A DNA stretch of 64,000 bases from Camelus ferus (taxonomy: Eukaryota). Made by a program: the position numbers and the translations under genes. The stretch lies in NCBI RefSeq assembly GCF_009834535.1, contig NC_045707.1:50904001-50968000 (forward strand), in the 5' to 3' direction. Below are positions 12,661 to 26,500 of the stretch, piece after piece (positions within the stretch are counted from its first letter, which is position 1; the number at the start of each line of letters is the position of its first letter). The notes under the pieces were generated by a model. It saw only the letters and a list, made by a program, of their open reading frames with translations. It did no database searches and was not told the DNA's origin.

Positions 12661-14031
12661 GTCAAAGCAGGGCATTTGGCAGAGTGCTGAGTTCTCTTGT
12701 ACAACAAATATTGAACAATCTTGCTCAACAAATATTTGGGGAATTGAATTGGAAGTCAAACTCTTCCTTGAGATTAGGTCAGCACAAAGCTCCATGGTCA
12801 GAAATACCTTGTAGATCATGTCCACCTGATTGGCTTCTGTGCATAAAAACTGATCTCCCTAGAAATATTTTCATCAACAATAGAGTCATACTGCCTACTG
12901 CTGTACTAATGTTCTTACAGTTTTCTATTAAGCAAGCCTGGAATTGTTTTATTTTTGTGTTGTAGCCCTAAATCTCCACAATAGCAGAGAGGTTGCTTTT
13001 TCAAAACAACTACTCTCAGGTTTAACAAATTAGAATCTATTGATTTTTTGACAAAGTAAAGGGTATTGCTGTACCCTCAAGACAGACATGGGCTGAACTT
13101 TACTTGTGGAAAGTAGAAGTATTTCAGGAAGGTTGGGCAAGAAAAGCCATTCAAATAACCCAGCAATTTGAAACAGCCTTAAACAATTTGATAGGAAAAT
13201 TTCCTTCATCAGCAAGAATCGTTATCATAATTTTCTCAAAAATTAAACATGTATTGATCTGAATGTTATTATTATTATTGTTTTGCTTACATTTATTTCT
13301 ACTAACTCTTGAGCACTTTAGAAAGATACTTTTATTATTACAGTTAAATCACTTTTTCCTTATTTTAGTCAGTATTTTTTTTCAAATCTTTACCTAATGA
13401 ATAGCACTCTAACAGGGATGCATTCATATACGAATTCAAATAGATGTAATGTGGTTATATTGGTTTATTTTTGTTGTGGACCACAGTATAGATGGAAAGG
13501 CTGTTAGATAATCTTTAAAAACTGAAATTAGAGAACCAGAGGCTTACAAACTAACTTTAAGCTCTCCTGTCTTCTTACAGTCTATCATGCCTTTATGAAA
13601 CATAGTTCATTCTGATAATAAAGTTCAGAAGTATTTTTAAAGATGTTGTTCCAACACTTAAATGTCCAGATTTTAATGATTACAGATGTTTTTGGATGAA
13701 TTTAACCAAAAATGTGTCAGAATTCCACTCTACTTAAAGCAATTTTTTAATACAATCAACAGTTTAAGTTTCGAGAATATAATCTTCAACCATAGGGTTC
13801 CTTGGACAAAGAATGCTTTACAATTCTGGAAATAATTAAAGTTTCATTTTTTCACTGTTTTTGCAAAGATTTGAATTTACTTGATTTTCCTTTTAAAGAT
13901 AGATGAATTATTTTGAATTAACTTTTTATGTAAAAACTAGTTTTTTTACAGTAAAGTTTTTAATTTATTTGCCTAGTTTCATTCATTTTACATATATATA
14001 ATTTCTGATATTTAAATATATGTAATTTCTG

Positions 14032-15055
14032 TGACAAAGGCTTTATCTCCAGAATATATAAGCAGCTCATACAACTTAATAAGAAAAAAAACAAACAACC
14101 CAATCCAAAAATGGGCCAAAGACCTAAACAAGCAATTCTCCAAGGAAGACATAAAGATGATCAATAGGCACATGAAAAAAGGCTCAATATCACTAATTAT
14201 CAGAGAAATATAAATCAAAACTACAATGAGGTATCACCTCACACCAGTCAGAATGGCCATCATTCCAAAGTCCTCAAATGATAAATGCTGGAGAGGGTGT
14301 GGAGAAAAGGGAGCCCTCCTTCACTGCTGGTGGGAATGCAGTTTGGTGCAGCCATTGTGGAAAATAGTATGGAGATTCCTCAAAAGACTAGGAATAGACT
14401 TACCATAGGACCCAGGAATCCCGCTCCTGGACATATATCCAGAAGGAACCCCAATTCAAAAAGATACCAGAGTTCATAGCAGCACTATTTACAAAAGCCA
14501 AGACATGGAAACAGCCTAAATGTCCATCAACAGATGACTGGATAAAGAAGAAAGTGGTATATTTATACAATGGAATACTACTCAGCCATGAAAAAAGACA
14601 ACACAATGCCATTTGTGGCAACATGGATGTCCCTCGAGAATGTTATTCTAAGTGAAGTAAGCCAGAAAGAAAAAGAAAAATACCATGTATCATCACTCAT
14701 ATGTGCAATCTGAAAGGAAAAAAAAAAAAGATGACGACAAATAAACTTAAATATAAAACAGAAACAGACTCTTAGACCTAGAATACAAACTTGTGGTTGC
14801 CAAGGGGGAAGTGGGTGGGAAGGGACAGGCTGGGAGTTCGAAATTTGTAGATGTTGACAGGTATATATAGAATAAATAAACATGTTTATATTGTATAACA
14901 CAGGGAAATATATACAAGATCTTGTGGTAGCTCACAGTGAAAAAGAATGTGAAAATGAACATATGTATATTCATGTATGACTGAAATATTGGGCTCTACA
15001 CTGGAAATTGACACAACATTGTGAACTGACTATAACTCAATAAAATTAAAAAAAT
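14032..15055 (+). mobile_element. Young 5'-truncated LINE-1 (cetartiodactyl-type 3' UTR) with TSD
   Basis: ORF2 C-terminal peptides ([22 protein letters not shown]); A-rich tail; 16-bp TSD atatatgtaatttctg (14016-14031)/atatatataatttctg (15056-15071). Confidence 0.95.
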
Positions 15056-16137
15056 ATATATATAATTTCTGGTATTCCCTTCAAAACATATTGATGAAAC
15101 ACATCAATTACACTGTAAAGACATATAAATTATGTGATTAAATCTGATTCAGTAACTTACTAGTACAAACACTTTAAAGACAATCATTTTTTTCTTTTTT
15201 AACTTAGAATGCCTGAACTTAAACCCCTGTGACTATGGATTCCCAAGAATATATTGTTTATTCAACCTATGATTCAGTCAGATTGTTTTCTGAAAATTTC
15301 TGTGATAAATTACAATGGAGACATAATTTTTGTTAAATTTGAAACACAAGATAAAATAAATATTACGTACTTCCCCTTTCCCACTCCTCCAGAGTTCTCA
15401 GTTATCTGGGAAGGTAGATTATTCATGTTTATTAGCAAACAATGGCAAGCAAAAAATAAACGAAAACCCTTTTATCAAAAGGTTATTAACAATGACCTTT
15501 TGTTCAGCACAACCCATGTATAATAAAACAGGCACTGGGAGGAAATACTTATTCATTTAACAGAGCCAGGATTAACATCAGCAAAAAATATCAGCAAGGA
15601 TTGAAAAATAACTTAAGAGTGTCTAACAAACTATACAAACATACAACTCTTCTTTGAAAATAAGCTTGTCACTGATCAACATCCATCCATAAGCTATTAG
15701 GCAAAGATATGTTAAAAAAGATAGTTCTGATAGTTCCAAGATAGTTCTTATATGTCAGATTTTAAGATGTTTACTTAACTGATGACTGATAGTTTCACCA
15801 AGTTCATTTACTACACAAACATAAAACAAACCCAGAACTATCATTTTGGAGAACTAAGAATGAAATACACAATTTATCATGTTATGTTCCCCAAAAATGA
15901 AGTTTAAAGGTGGTATGTGCCTTAATCAAGAACAACAAAAAAATCCAAAACACTAGTTAAATAAACAAATCCCTACATCACTAATAGAACTATTAGTGTG
16001 ATCAGTGATCCTTGATATACTTAGAACTTAACTCCTAACATTCAAATTCAGTGATAACATACAAAATTAAAATGCAAAAAAGTTCCACTTTCCTCAGTTT
16101 TTAAAAGTTTTAAAAAATATTTTTTTAAATCTAGAAA

Positions 16138-17340
16138 AGATAATAAACAAGTAGGACTACATCAAACTAAAATACTTCTCTACATCAAAGGAAACTGTCA
16201 ATAAAATGAAAAGTCATTTTAACCAAATGGGAGAAAATATTTGCAAATCAATTATCTGATAAGAGGTTAACATCTAAAATATACAAAGAACTCATACAAC
16301 TCAACAGCAAAAAAGCAAACAATCTGATTTAAAAAAATGTGCAGAAGATCTGCACAGACACTTTTCCAAAGAAGATATACAGACAGATAGCCACCAGGTA
16401 CATGAAAAGATGCCCAACATCACTAATCATCAGGGAAACACCATCAGAATCACAGTGAGGTATCAACTCACACCTGTCAGTATGGCTATTATCAAAAAGA
16501 TAAGAAATAACAGGCAAGGATATGGAGAAAAAGAAACCCTTGTGCACTGCTGATAGAAAAGTAAATTGGTGTAGCCACTATGAAAAACAGTATGGAGGCT
16601 CCTCAAAAAATTAAAAATAGAAATACCATATGATCCAGCAATTCTACTTATGAGCATTTATACAAACAAAACAAAAACACTAACTCGGAAAGATCTATGT
16701 ACCCCAATGTTTACTGCAGCATTATTTACATTAGCCAACACATAGAAACAACCTAAGTGTCCACTGATGGATGAATAAATAAAGTGGTTGCAGTATATAT
16801 ACATACAATGGAATATTATTAAGCCATAAAATACAAGGAAATCTTGCCATTTGCAGCAACATAGAGGGCATTACGCTAAATGAAACAGTCGGATGGAGAA
16901 AGATAAATACTGTATGATCTCACTTATACGTGGATCTAAAAACAAAACAAAATGACAACAACAACAAAAGACGCAAAAAACAAGCTCATAGATACAGAGA
17001 ACAGATCGGTGTTGGTCAGAGGTAGGGGAGTAGGAAATGGGAAAAGGATGAAGGGGATCAAAAGGTACAAACTTCTAGTTATAAAATAAGTAAGTCTTGA
17101 GGATGTAATGTACAGCATGGTGACTACAGTTAATAATACTGTATTGCATATTTGATAGTTGCTAAGAGAGTAGGACTTACAAGTTCTCAACGTAAGAAAA
17201 CACATCTTGTAACTGTGTATGGTGATGAACGTTAGACTTACTGTGGTGGCCATTTTGCAATACATACAAATATCGAATCATTATGTTGTACAACTGAAAC
17301 TAAAATAATGTTATATGTCATTTTTACCTCAATTGAAAAG
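16138..17340 (+). mobile_element. LINE-1 3' end (L1MA9-lineage-like)
   Basis: ggactacatcaaactaaaa, ccatatgatccagcaattctact, and 3' UTR gatgtaatgtacagcatggtgactacagttaataatactgtattg. Confidence 0.9.
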
Positions 17341-17589
17341 ATAAAGTTAGAAAAATTATTTGAAAAGGCATCTGTATACTTAAACAGTTTTCAAATTTCC
17401 ATTATAAAGATGATAAAGATTATAAGTAATACTATGTATTTTAGCATATACTTTTTTTTTTCTAAAATTGACAGAGCTGAGGGTGATCATTAAAAATCTA
17501 TCTTTTCACAGATGTGGACACTGATACGCAAACTAATGAGCCAAAATCACACAGCCAGTGACTCTGCCTCTCAGTGGCATGAGAGTATC

Positions 17590-17785
17590 TAATAGCAATA
17601 TGGGTTCACACGTACACATGTTTACTCTATGTCAGGCACATCCCTAAGTACTTTACATAGGTTACCAGTAACATAGGTACTATTTTTATTCCATTTTACA
17701 GATGAGGAAACTGAAAACCTGAGAAGTACTTACCCAAAGTGGTGGTGTGGAATTTGAACCCAGGCATTTTCTTACTCTTAACCAT
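17590..17785 (-). mobile_element. MIR SINE
   Basis: ccattttacagatgaggaaactga core. Confidence 0.75.
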
Positions 17786-19624
17786 CAAAATAACTTCTTT
17801 GATATTTTCTCCTTCCCATAGATACTATTTTTAAAATGTTTTTAAATCTCCTGTCCTAGAACTGGTGCATAGTAGATGTGCAATATAATTTGTTTGTTAG
17901 TTGATACTAAGATCACCAAGGTTCGTGAGCAAAAACTCACTTCAAAGACACTTGCCCCTGTACAACAAATGGATCTGTGCTCTGAAACTGACAACAACCA
18001 AAGAGAATTCAGTCTCATCTGTGTGGTAACATCATGTGGTGTCATACCTGTACTTATCCTTCTACTGCATCTGGAGGGAGCTTTTATAAATTCATTGAAA
18101 AAGATGTAGGGTAGTGTAGTTTCCAGTAGAAGACTGGAGGGCCCAGCTCTAAAATATCTTTTCAAGTAAGAGAAAGCGTTCTAAAGTGCTGTCCAGATGC
18201 TGAAGGACCTTCAAGTAGACAACAGGTAGGAAAGACATACTTACTTAGCCCTACAGACACATAGGCAATTTCTAGCAATGTCCCCTAAAAGGTATAAGGC
18301 TGCTTCTGTAGGGCTCTAACTTTATATCAAAGAAGTGATGAGGATGTGAGCTTTCCATAGTCCCCACTGTGACTGGGATCCACTGGTAGAGGCAAGGGAG
18401 GGGAGTGATGATCATACAGCACATATTAGGAATCACCATCATCAAACCAGCAGCCCCAAAACTATGTTTCCAGGAACTTCTACCCATAGCCATGATTACA
18501 ACACGCAATTGGAGAAGAAAACCAAGTCTCTAATATTTATTTGGACAATCAAGTAATAGTTCCAGCCTGGGGTGTCCAGAGATCTCTGGCTTTATCTACC
18601 ATTTTAAACTGCATAACTGTTAGTAACTGCGGGAAGGGCAGATACTGTTGACCTTCCAATATATGTATAGTGTGAACCTGATTGGTAATGAGCCTTCAAT
18701 TTACATATAGCTGGCATGTCTGGAGGACATATGGGACCAGAGAGTCTTTAGGGAAATAACTCACTTATAAGGAAGACAGAGTCAAGACAACTAGCCCCAA
18801 AGACTATCTCAGAAGGGAAAGATGATCAACTCAAAGTTCTTTATTCAGATCATTAACTGACCTAGCCTGATTGATGTCCATGCCACAGGGAGAGAAAGAA
18901 TACATCTAAAGTTTCACCAAAACCGCTGTAGGACAATGGAAATCAAGGCAACACTGATCTGTAGCCTATCTATCTTTCATAGGTGGCATCAGTGGGAGAA
19001 AAGGTAGGAAGAATATATATTCTCCATCATGGAATGATAGAGCTTGGGAAGGACATTGGCTGAAGCAGCAGGATGGGCCATAAGATAATTTATTATATTC
19101 CATGGTCATCAAATCCAGATGGTGCTGGTGACTTCACCAGAGAAACAAACAGATTCACGGAATAGTTGTGGAGTCCTTGACAGATGTGAAATGTCTTCAG
19201 CGGGGCAGAGGCTGTGTCACCAACAGACGTTGCTGCAGGAAATCACAGCAAGAGAGAAGGAAAACGGCCCACGACCATGAGAGAACAGCACCTGTGAGCA
19301 CAGCACAGGACCTCGGGGGCTGCCCAGGAACACTGAAAGCCAGACTGCTGAGTGACGGTTCCAGCCCCTGTGATTGGCAGTGGGCCAAACCAGAGACAGG
19401 ACTTTTAGAACTGAGGGGACCTGGGCTGTACACACCTCACACGCACACAAGATTCCATCATTTTTAAAAAATTCCTTTGTTCTCTAGTCCTTGGATTTTT
19501 ATTAGGGGGTGTGGCCCAGCAAAGAAATCTCTACTGCATTTCTCATTAAACTCAATCGTTTTTTCAAGAAAAATATAACAATGCTATTACCCAATCAAGT
19601 TTTTTTTAAACTTTATACCTTAAA

Positions 19625-19977
19625 TATTTCAGCCATCTATTCTGTATAACAAACTGCCCAAAACTTACTGGCTTGAGACAACAACATAAATTACTCTTCT
19701 TGATCCTGTGTGTTGATCGGATCAGTTGGGTGAGTCTTCTGCACCTCATGGTATTGGTGAGGTCACTCACGTGACTGAATTTCACTGGTGGCTTAGCTGA
19801 GGCTCGAACATCCAAGATGGCCTCACTCACAATGTGTGGCAGCTAACGTTAGCCAACGCAAGTGACAGGGCCATCTCAGTTTCAAAAAGAGTCTGATGAG
19901 AGGAGTGGAAAAGTCACTGGAAGAGGGGTGTGCAGCCTGGGTGGGACTGTTGCATCCACCTTTGGAACAATCCCACA
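19625..19977 (-). mobile_element. Old MaLR LTR (MLT1H/I-like)
   Basis: tataacaaactgcccaaaacttactggcttgagacaacaac...catccaagatggcctcactcac. Confidence 0.7.
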
Positions 19978-20479
19978 GCAAACAAAAAAACTTGTGTAAT
20001 ACATTTGAACTCTAGTTCAGTATGATGTGTGACTATTTTCCTGTGAGGAACACAATGATTAATGATTCACTCAGATGAGCATCTGTTTTCCATTGAGGCT
20101 GTTATTATGTCAGTTTACTGAGACACAGAAGGTGCTCTATTAGACTTTGGATAGAAGTTTACTCTGAAGAAAGCAGACGACTCGCAGAAGACCTCTCAAT
20201 TCACTCATGTCTCATTCAAGCCTATAAGTGCTGATCAACCACCAATCACAGACTGTCTCAAGAGGAATACCGAGGTCCTTCTGGCTAACATTTTTATTAC
20301 CTTAATACAGTGTCATATTCATTTTCTCTAACCAAAGTTATTCAATAAGTGAATACACCGATTCGTATCACTGGGAAAGTTTAGAATAAAACAGTCAGAG
20401 AAAAATAAAATTCCACAAATGAAAGTCACTTTCTATTTATAGTTCTAGGTTAGAATTGGGCTTTTTTTGGTGTACCTCC

Positions 20480-20918
20480 TTTGTGTGTCCCCTGTGATCC
20501 TGATCTGTTCCTCTACCAGGGAATCCCTTGCTGCATACATTTTGGTAGAAGGAGGAACCTGGCTTTCAGTTGGCAGCTAGCAGGGGTTACATATTGTCTC
20601 CCCTGGCCCGTGACAGCTAGACTGTTGGCACATGAACTTGGAGGCTCCACTGGAGTGGCTGGCACACCAAAGCAGAGGAAATGTACAAAGATAAAGGCCA
20701 GTTAGAGACTGCTCTCAGGGGTGGAGACAAAGGCCCCCTGGGAAAACAAGTGTCTAGTTTTCTGCCTGGCTGTTGTGTTACCCAGCTTCTTTGATTCCTA
20801 ATCATTTCCTGTGTGTTTGAGCCTTCCAATCACATTTCAATACATTATTTCTCGGCTTAAATTATTTAGAACCACGTACTATTGTAGTTTTAGCAAGCTA
20901 TAAGCCCTGACTGAGTAG
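20480..20918 (+). mobile_element. Possible old ERVL-class LTR (LTR16/LTR33-like)
   Basis: 3' end ...ggcttaaattatttagaacc...gcaagctataagccctgactgagta resembles ERVL LTR termini; highly decayed. Confidence 0.35.
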
Positions 20919-21014
20919 GAGGTGGGATTATTTTATAAATACCTATTGGATATCTAATAGTGTATCATGCCCTGTAGATACTGCATTTAAAAAAAAAAAG
21001 CCTTAAATTCTTAA

Positions 21015-21610
21015 CCTCTAGAGCTTACAGTCTGGTAAGGGACATGGGGAGATGAAACAGCAAGATGACAAAAGAAGACAAAATCCAAGTAGACAAATGA
21101 AACCTATGTTATACTCACTATAGAGCGCTAGGGAGAAAAACAAAGCAGGGAAGGGCATAGATTGCTGGGGAAGGGTATCCAGCCAGTGGAGGTTTTGTAG
21201 TTTCAAATCCGATGATTATGGATTCCTCATTAAGACAACATTTGAGCAAAAGAGGTAAGTAAGGGACGGAGGCAGGAGTGTGCCTGGTGGTTTGCTATAC
21301 ACAGAAGAAAGTCAGTGTGGCTGGCGTGGCAGGAGAGGCTAGTAAATGAGGGCAAAGGAATCTGGTAAAAGCAAAGAAGGCTTTGAAGGCAGTGTCAGAA
21401 CTTTGGCTTTTATCCTGAGTGAGTCGGAGAGGCATTGGAACAGAGGTACATGTCTTGATTTAATTTCGCTTTTAAGGGATAACTCAGGCTACTATTATGG
21501 GAACAGATTGAGAAGAGGAAGTGTGTACTGATGAGAGTGGAAGCTGAGATCAACTAATTATCTCAGTAATTCCAGTTAACAGATGATGGTGGCTTGGGCT
21601 GGAAACAGTG
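21015..21610 (-). mobile_element. LINE-2 fragment
   Basis: gagcttacagtctggtaaggga, catttgagcaaa, gtcagtgtggctgg, actttggctttatcctgagtg, agatgatggtggcttgg. Confidence 0.75.
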
Positions 21611-22889
21611 AAGATCATTTCTTTACTTTTTTCCCCCTCTCTGGTTGCTTTCAGTGTTAATATAAATCTAGGAAAATAACAGTAGCTGTTCTAGCTTTTT
21701 TCACACTGTTATAAAGCCTTTTTCAAGGCAATGTTGTCCAAAACCTCTACTTCCTGTTGAAGAAGACACTATAGCAATAAATTTTCCTCTTTGCCTTCCA
21801 AGTTTTGGTTTTGCAGCTCTCAGACGCACGGCCATCCTCCATGGCTGGTTGGTGTAAGAGGCAGCTACCTGTCTGGCTTTAGTCCGGCTCCCTTAGAAGA
21901 ATCCTGACTGTGGCTAAAGTTTCCATACCAAGGAAGTTACTGCTCTGGGTTAAGGCCTTGCAAATGGGTTACTTTCCACATGTACGTGATATAAAAAATT
22001 TAACATGCCATTAACACATTAGTTTGGATTCATTTACCAAGAAAGCATTAGAGATAAGGTTTAGGGAGAAAAATTCACCAAGGAGGAATCCTCTGCAGTA
22101 AGAATATGGCTGGAACAAGAAAAGGAGCTCAGGATTCAGGCTAATGAGGTCCTGCATCTGGGAGAGCAAAGAGAAGGTGAAACCAGTAAGGAAATGTTGC
22201 ATCTTTCAAAATTATATCTAGAAAAGGGCCCATCAGTAAACACACAAATGATCAGGTTCCACCTGCCCAGGGCCTCACAGAATTTGTCAAATGAAACCTC
22301 TTTTAAAAGTCAAGCAGTGTTTAAGAAGAAAAATATCATATGCTCCTCCCTTTGTTCTCAGTCTCTCTGATTTTAAAAGGATTCTGCAGGTTTTCAAATG
22401 GGAGGAGTTGAAAATATTCATTTGCTAGAGGCAGATTTCCAAATCCTTCTAGTCAAGTCAGTGGACTTGTGAGAAACTAGAGGACTGGGAGCTCTCTGGA
22501 AGACAGAGAGCTCAGTGGGTGGAAAGCCTTAAAGCCACATCGTTTCCCCAAAACATTTGCAAAATTTAAGTTTCTATTTGTGACTCAATATCTAACTATA
22601 GCTGAGGGGTATATATGCCCTAGTCCTCTTACTTTTAAAAGAAATCTCTGAAACTATTCTCTCTCTTTTTTTTTAAATGTCATGCAACAAACACAAATTG
22701 CCCTTTGTGCTCAATGCTTGCTTCTTATAGTAATGGCTGTGGCCTCAGGACAAAGACACATATGCCTACACCCTCCCTGCCAGGTTCCAATACTAACTCG
22801 GTTGGTAAATATTTACAGTTACACAGAAGCAGTGCAATGCAACTGAACAGCAGAAAGTGAATGAAAATTAGCGAGGCGCTGGTACTCCA

Positions 22890-23050
22890 GGCATCGGCAC
22901 AGAGATTCAAACCTTGCCTCCCATGCTTAAGAGATTTGGGGCACTGGGCAAGGCTTTTCATCTTTCTCAGCCTCAGTTTCCTTAACTCTATAATGGGGAG
23001 AATAATATTCTCTGGTAGAATGATCATAAACATTAAAAGAGATCATATTA
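22890..23050 (+). mobile_element. MIR SINE
   Basis: ctgggcaaggcttttcatctttctcagcctcagtttccttaactctataatgggg. Confidence 0.7.
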
Positions 23051-23067
23051 CAAGTGGCTGGCAGAGT

Positions 23068-23510
23068 ATTGTTCAGTTAGGATGTATGTGGCAGCCAGAA
23101 ACAAAACACTCAACTAACAGTGATTTCAATGCAAGGGGTTTATTTTTCAGTAAACACAAAAGAAAAGATTCCCTGGGTTGGCGCACATGCTCAGTAGCAT
23201 CAAAGATATAGGTCAATTTCTCTGTGATTCTCTTGGCTGCCATAGCTCCAGGTAGCATGTCCTTAAATTACAATGTCCAAAGCAGAAATGTGAGCATTTA
23301 TCTTTGCAACTCTCTCATTGGGGAAAATTCTCCCCAGAAGGCCCAGTAGTGTCCCTTAGCCTGCACTGGATGACATGCCTGTGTCTGGGCTACAAGCAAA
23401 ACTGGGAAAGTGAGTTTCAGCATTTTCCTTCCTTGTGTGAGGTGGATTCTGCAGCAAGAGAGAAACTGGGATGGACGTGACAGCTGGGTAGAAAGGCAAT
23501 GATGTCAGCT
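23068..23510 (-). mobile_element. Old MaLR LTR (MLT1K/L-like)
   Basis: cagttaggatgtatgtggcagccagaaac...aacagtgatttcaa; gctacaagcaaaactgggaaagtgagttt. Confidence 0.5.
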
Positions 23511-26500
23511 TCTGATGCTCGGTTTTGTAAGCACTTATCAATGTCAATTTCCCTTTCCCTTCAACTGGAAGCACAATTCAGCAGGTACCGGCAGACACTT
23601 ACAGATGCCTCTACCTGCTGTGAATGCTACAGTGTGCTAGCTCACATCCCCTCTTTCAGACCCAAAATCTTCCTGATTCACCACTTAGATTTCTATTTCT
23701 GAAGCATAACTAAGCTGCCCATTGTGAAAACAACAATAGCAATAAAACAACAAAGAAAACATTCTTTTCTTGCCAGGCTTACCTCTGGAGGCACATGCTG
23801 TGGTTAGACAAAGGTTCAGACATGAAAGAAGAGCTGGGGCTCCATACTATTTCTTGTCTTACAATTCTAACAAAAGGACATGGCCATCTCAATGTTTTCC
23901 CAGATGGATATACCTTTGATATGTGATGGGTTGCTTTCTGCTTCTGCTGGCCATTTCCTTTTGCTCAATCTATTCCACATGGGAAGTAGCTTTTTTGGTT
24001 GAAAAAAAAAGGATATTAATATAATTCAAATAAAGCCCCTTCTCAGTTGCCCTAGTGGCAGAGAAGGGCAGAGGAGAACAGTGATCTGGAATATAGAGCT
24101 AACAAAGAGAAAAGAGCGAGGGACCAGTTAGGCTTGGGGGACAGCACTGAAGTTGGCTAGAGCCAGTGTTTGTAGTTAGCTAACAAAGCAGGCAATATTT
24201 TGCCAAGGGCGTAGGAGGAAAGCAAGGCTCTCATTAAAATTAATTGGGGAAGACGCAGGTCTTAGAAGCTATACTTAGACAAGTGCAGAGATGCATTTAG
24301 AAGTAAAACCAGATGATAAAATATTGACACCTCAGCACAGAGAGTATGGATAAATGTGTCACTGGATAGCGAGAAGATAGGATGCATCAGACTCAGGACA
24401 GAGACTTGTTACTTGGACCGCAATGTTTCAGGATTCTTAGTTTTTTAATGAGAAGAAACTGGAGGTTACTCACAGGACCAGCCATAACCCTATTATAGTT
24501 AGTTATACATGAATCAACACAGAAAAAAAAATGAATATAACCGTGTGTTTATGAGGGTATGTGTGTATACATATCTGTGTGTTTGTATGTATATGTGAGT
24601 GTGTGTGTATATACGTACATTTTTGTTTAACTTATTTAAAATGAATCCTTTAGCCATTGTGATACCTGCACTGGAGTGACATTGCTTGACTGTAGTAGTC
24701 AAGTTTCTGAAGATCAAAATGGGAGAAACAAGAGTATCTTAGACAATATTTTTTTAAATCAGCCCACATTCTGTTTCAACGTGCTCTTTATTATAACAAC
24801 TTAGGGTATTTATAAAGTCAAGAGAAGATAGTTTTGATTCTTAGGATTGGGAGACTTGAATTTCTTGGTAGGAAGAAAAAATTCCACATTATTCGGTGAT
24901 TATTTTCAAAGCATTTTCTTCATATCTAGTTGGTTCCTCCAAATAGATTACAAATATCCTGGGTTAGAAACTGCTTCTTACTTGTTATATTAAATGTACC
25001 TAGTTTATCTCTTACAATAAGTTGCACACAAGATCTGATTAATACATTTTGGGCTACTCATTATTGCTCTGGTACAGTTCTTAACTCATTCTCACTCTTC
25101 AGTATATTCAAGAATAATATATAACTGCATATTTATATCAGTTTTATTAATACATTGTTAATTTGGACATTACAACATTAGTTCATTGCTACATATCCCA
25201 TGATGTTCAATACAATGAAAATATACTAAGTGTCTTGTCCATCAATCATGCAGCCCGAAAACCCACAGGGAGCAATTCTGGGCATGCAGTAGCCCTTTAA
25301 GGGAAAACCAATGGTCATCATTGTTGTGTTTGAGACTGTGTCCAAACACAGACAAAAATATAAAACCTTCAAGATTCCTGCATGTCTTTTCCTATCACTT
25401 TAAAACTGTGTATGTATGTGTGTATGTGCAGACGTGTGTGTGGTCGGGTGTCCAGATTTTTATTGTCTCACAGTAGATGGACGTTTTGCCTGCAGTACAC
25501 ATTGCCAGATGTATATACGGAGCTGGACATGCGTACGTCAGTTTAGGATCAGACTGCAGCCTGGGAATGCTGATGCTGACCACCCAAACCCAGAGGTTAT
25601 GACATGCTGGGAGTTCTCTTTCTCTCTCATCGTTTAGGGTAGCTGAGGGCTGGGTACCATATTGTGCCACAACCTAGTGATGAAAGACACACTTAAGGCT
25701 TGATCACCCCTATTTTAAAACAGGGAGGATCCCTGTTAAAACCTGTACAAATGTGTCCATCAACTCAGCAACCACAGAGTTCAGAGTCGACAACTAAAAA
25801 GAGGCTGGAAAGAGAGGAAGATCCTTGTTTGTTTACTCGTTTGCCATGTACTTTCAAAATACAATGGTGGGAGAAGATTTGTTCCAATTTTTCCCATAGA
25901 TTCTCCTTAGGGAACGCATTTAAACAGAACAAAATAGTCTTATCTATGACTCAACAGAAATAGAATCTGTAGTATTATTTTAGCTTAAATGTGATTAGGT
26001 GGGAACATTCCTTTGTTATTTGTTTCCTGTACTCTAAAGGTGGCATTTAATGTAATCTTGTTTTACTTGGATTTCTCTCTGACAAATGGGAACGATTTGT
26101 TTCTCTTTAACAAAAATTAAAAATCTTACCCACACATGTTAGGTAGGACTCTATTTTTATTAAAGATGAAAAAATGTTGTTTCAAAGAACTGAAAGAACT
26201 TAGATATTTTCCTTGTTATTGTAGTATTTTTGTCAGGTATCTTAGGCAGGTGTTAAGAAGCATTCAGTCCTTTTCTACAGAGACTAAATGCGAGCTGTAC
26301 AATGAATTGTTGAGCACTTTATAGGTGTTACTACACATAGGGATGGGAGATTAATTATAAGCTTAGATGCTCCCAAATATGGCTTCTTGAAAGCAGGTAG
26401 CATGGATAAGAGAGGGTGAAAAGCATTACCTTTAACCAAGGATATGCCTGGGAGCCCAAATCAGAAGCTGGCCTTTAACAAAAATGAAGAATCATCAAAA

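Noticed and set aside
13050..13262. Open plus-strand frame DKVKGIAVPSRQTWAELYLWK...
   Set aside because: No good splice sites or start and no recognisable homology; compatible with chance
21746..21848. Minus-strand ATG in strong Kozak context (ccagccATGG; MEDGRASESCKTKTWK...)
   Set aside because: Stops after ~31 codons, no convincing GT donor, no recognisable protein
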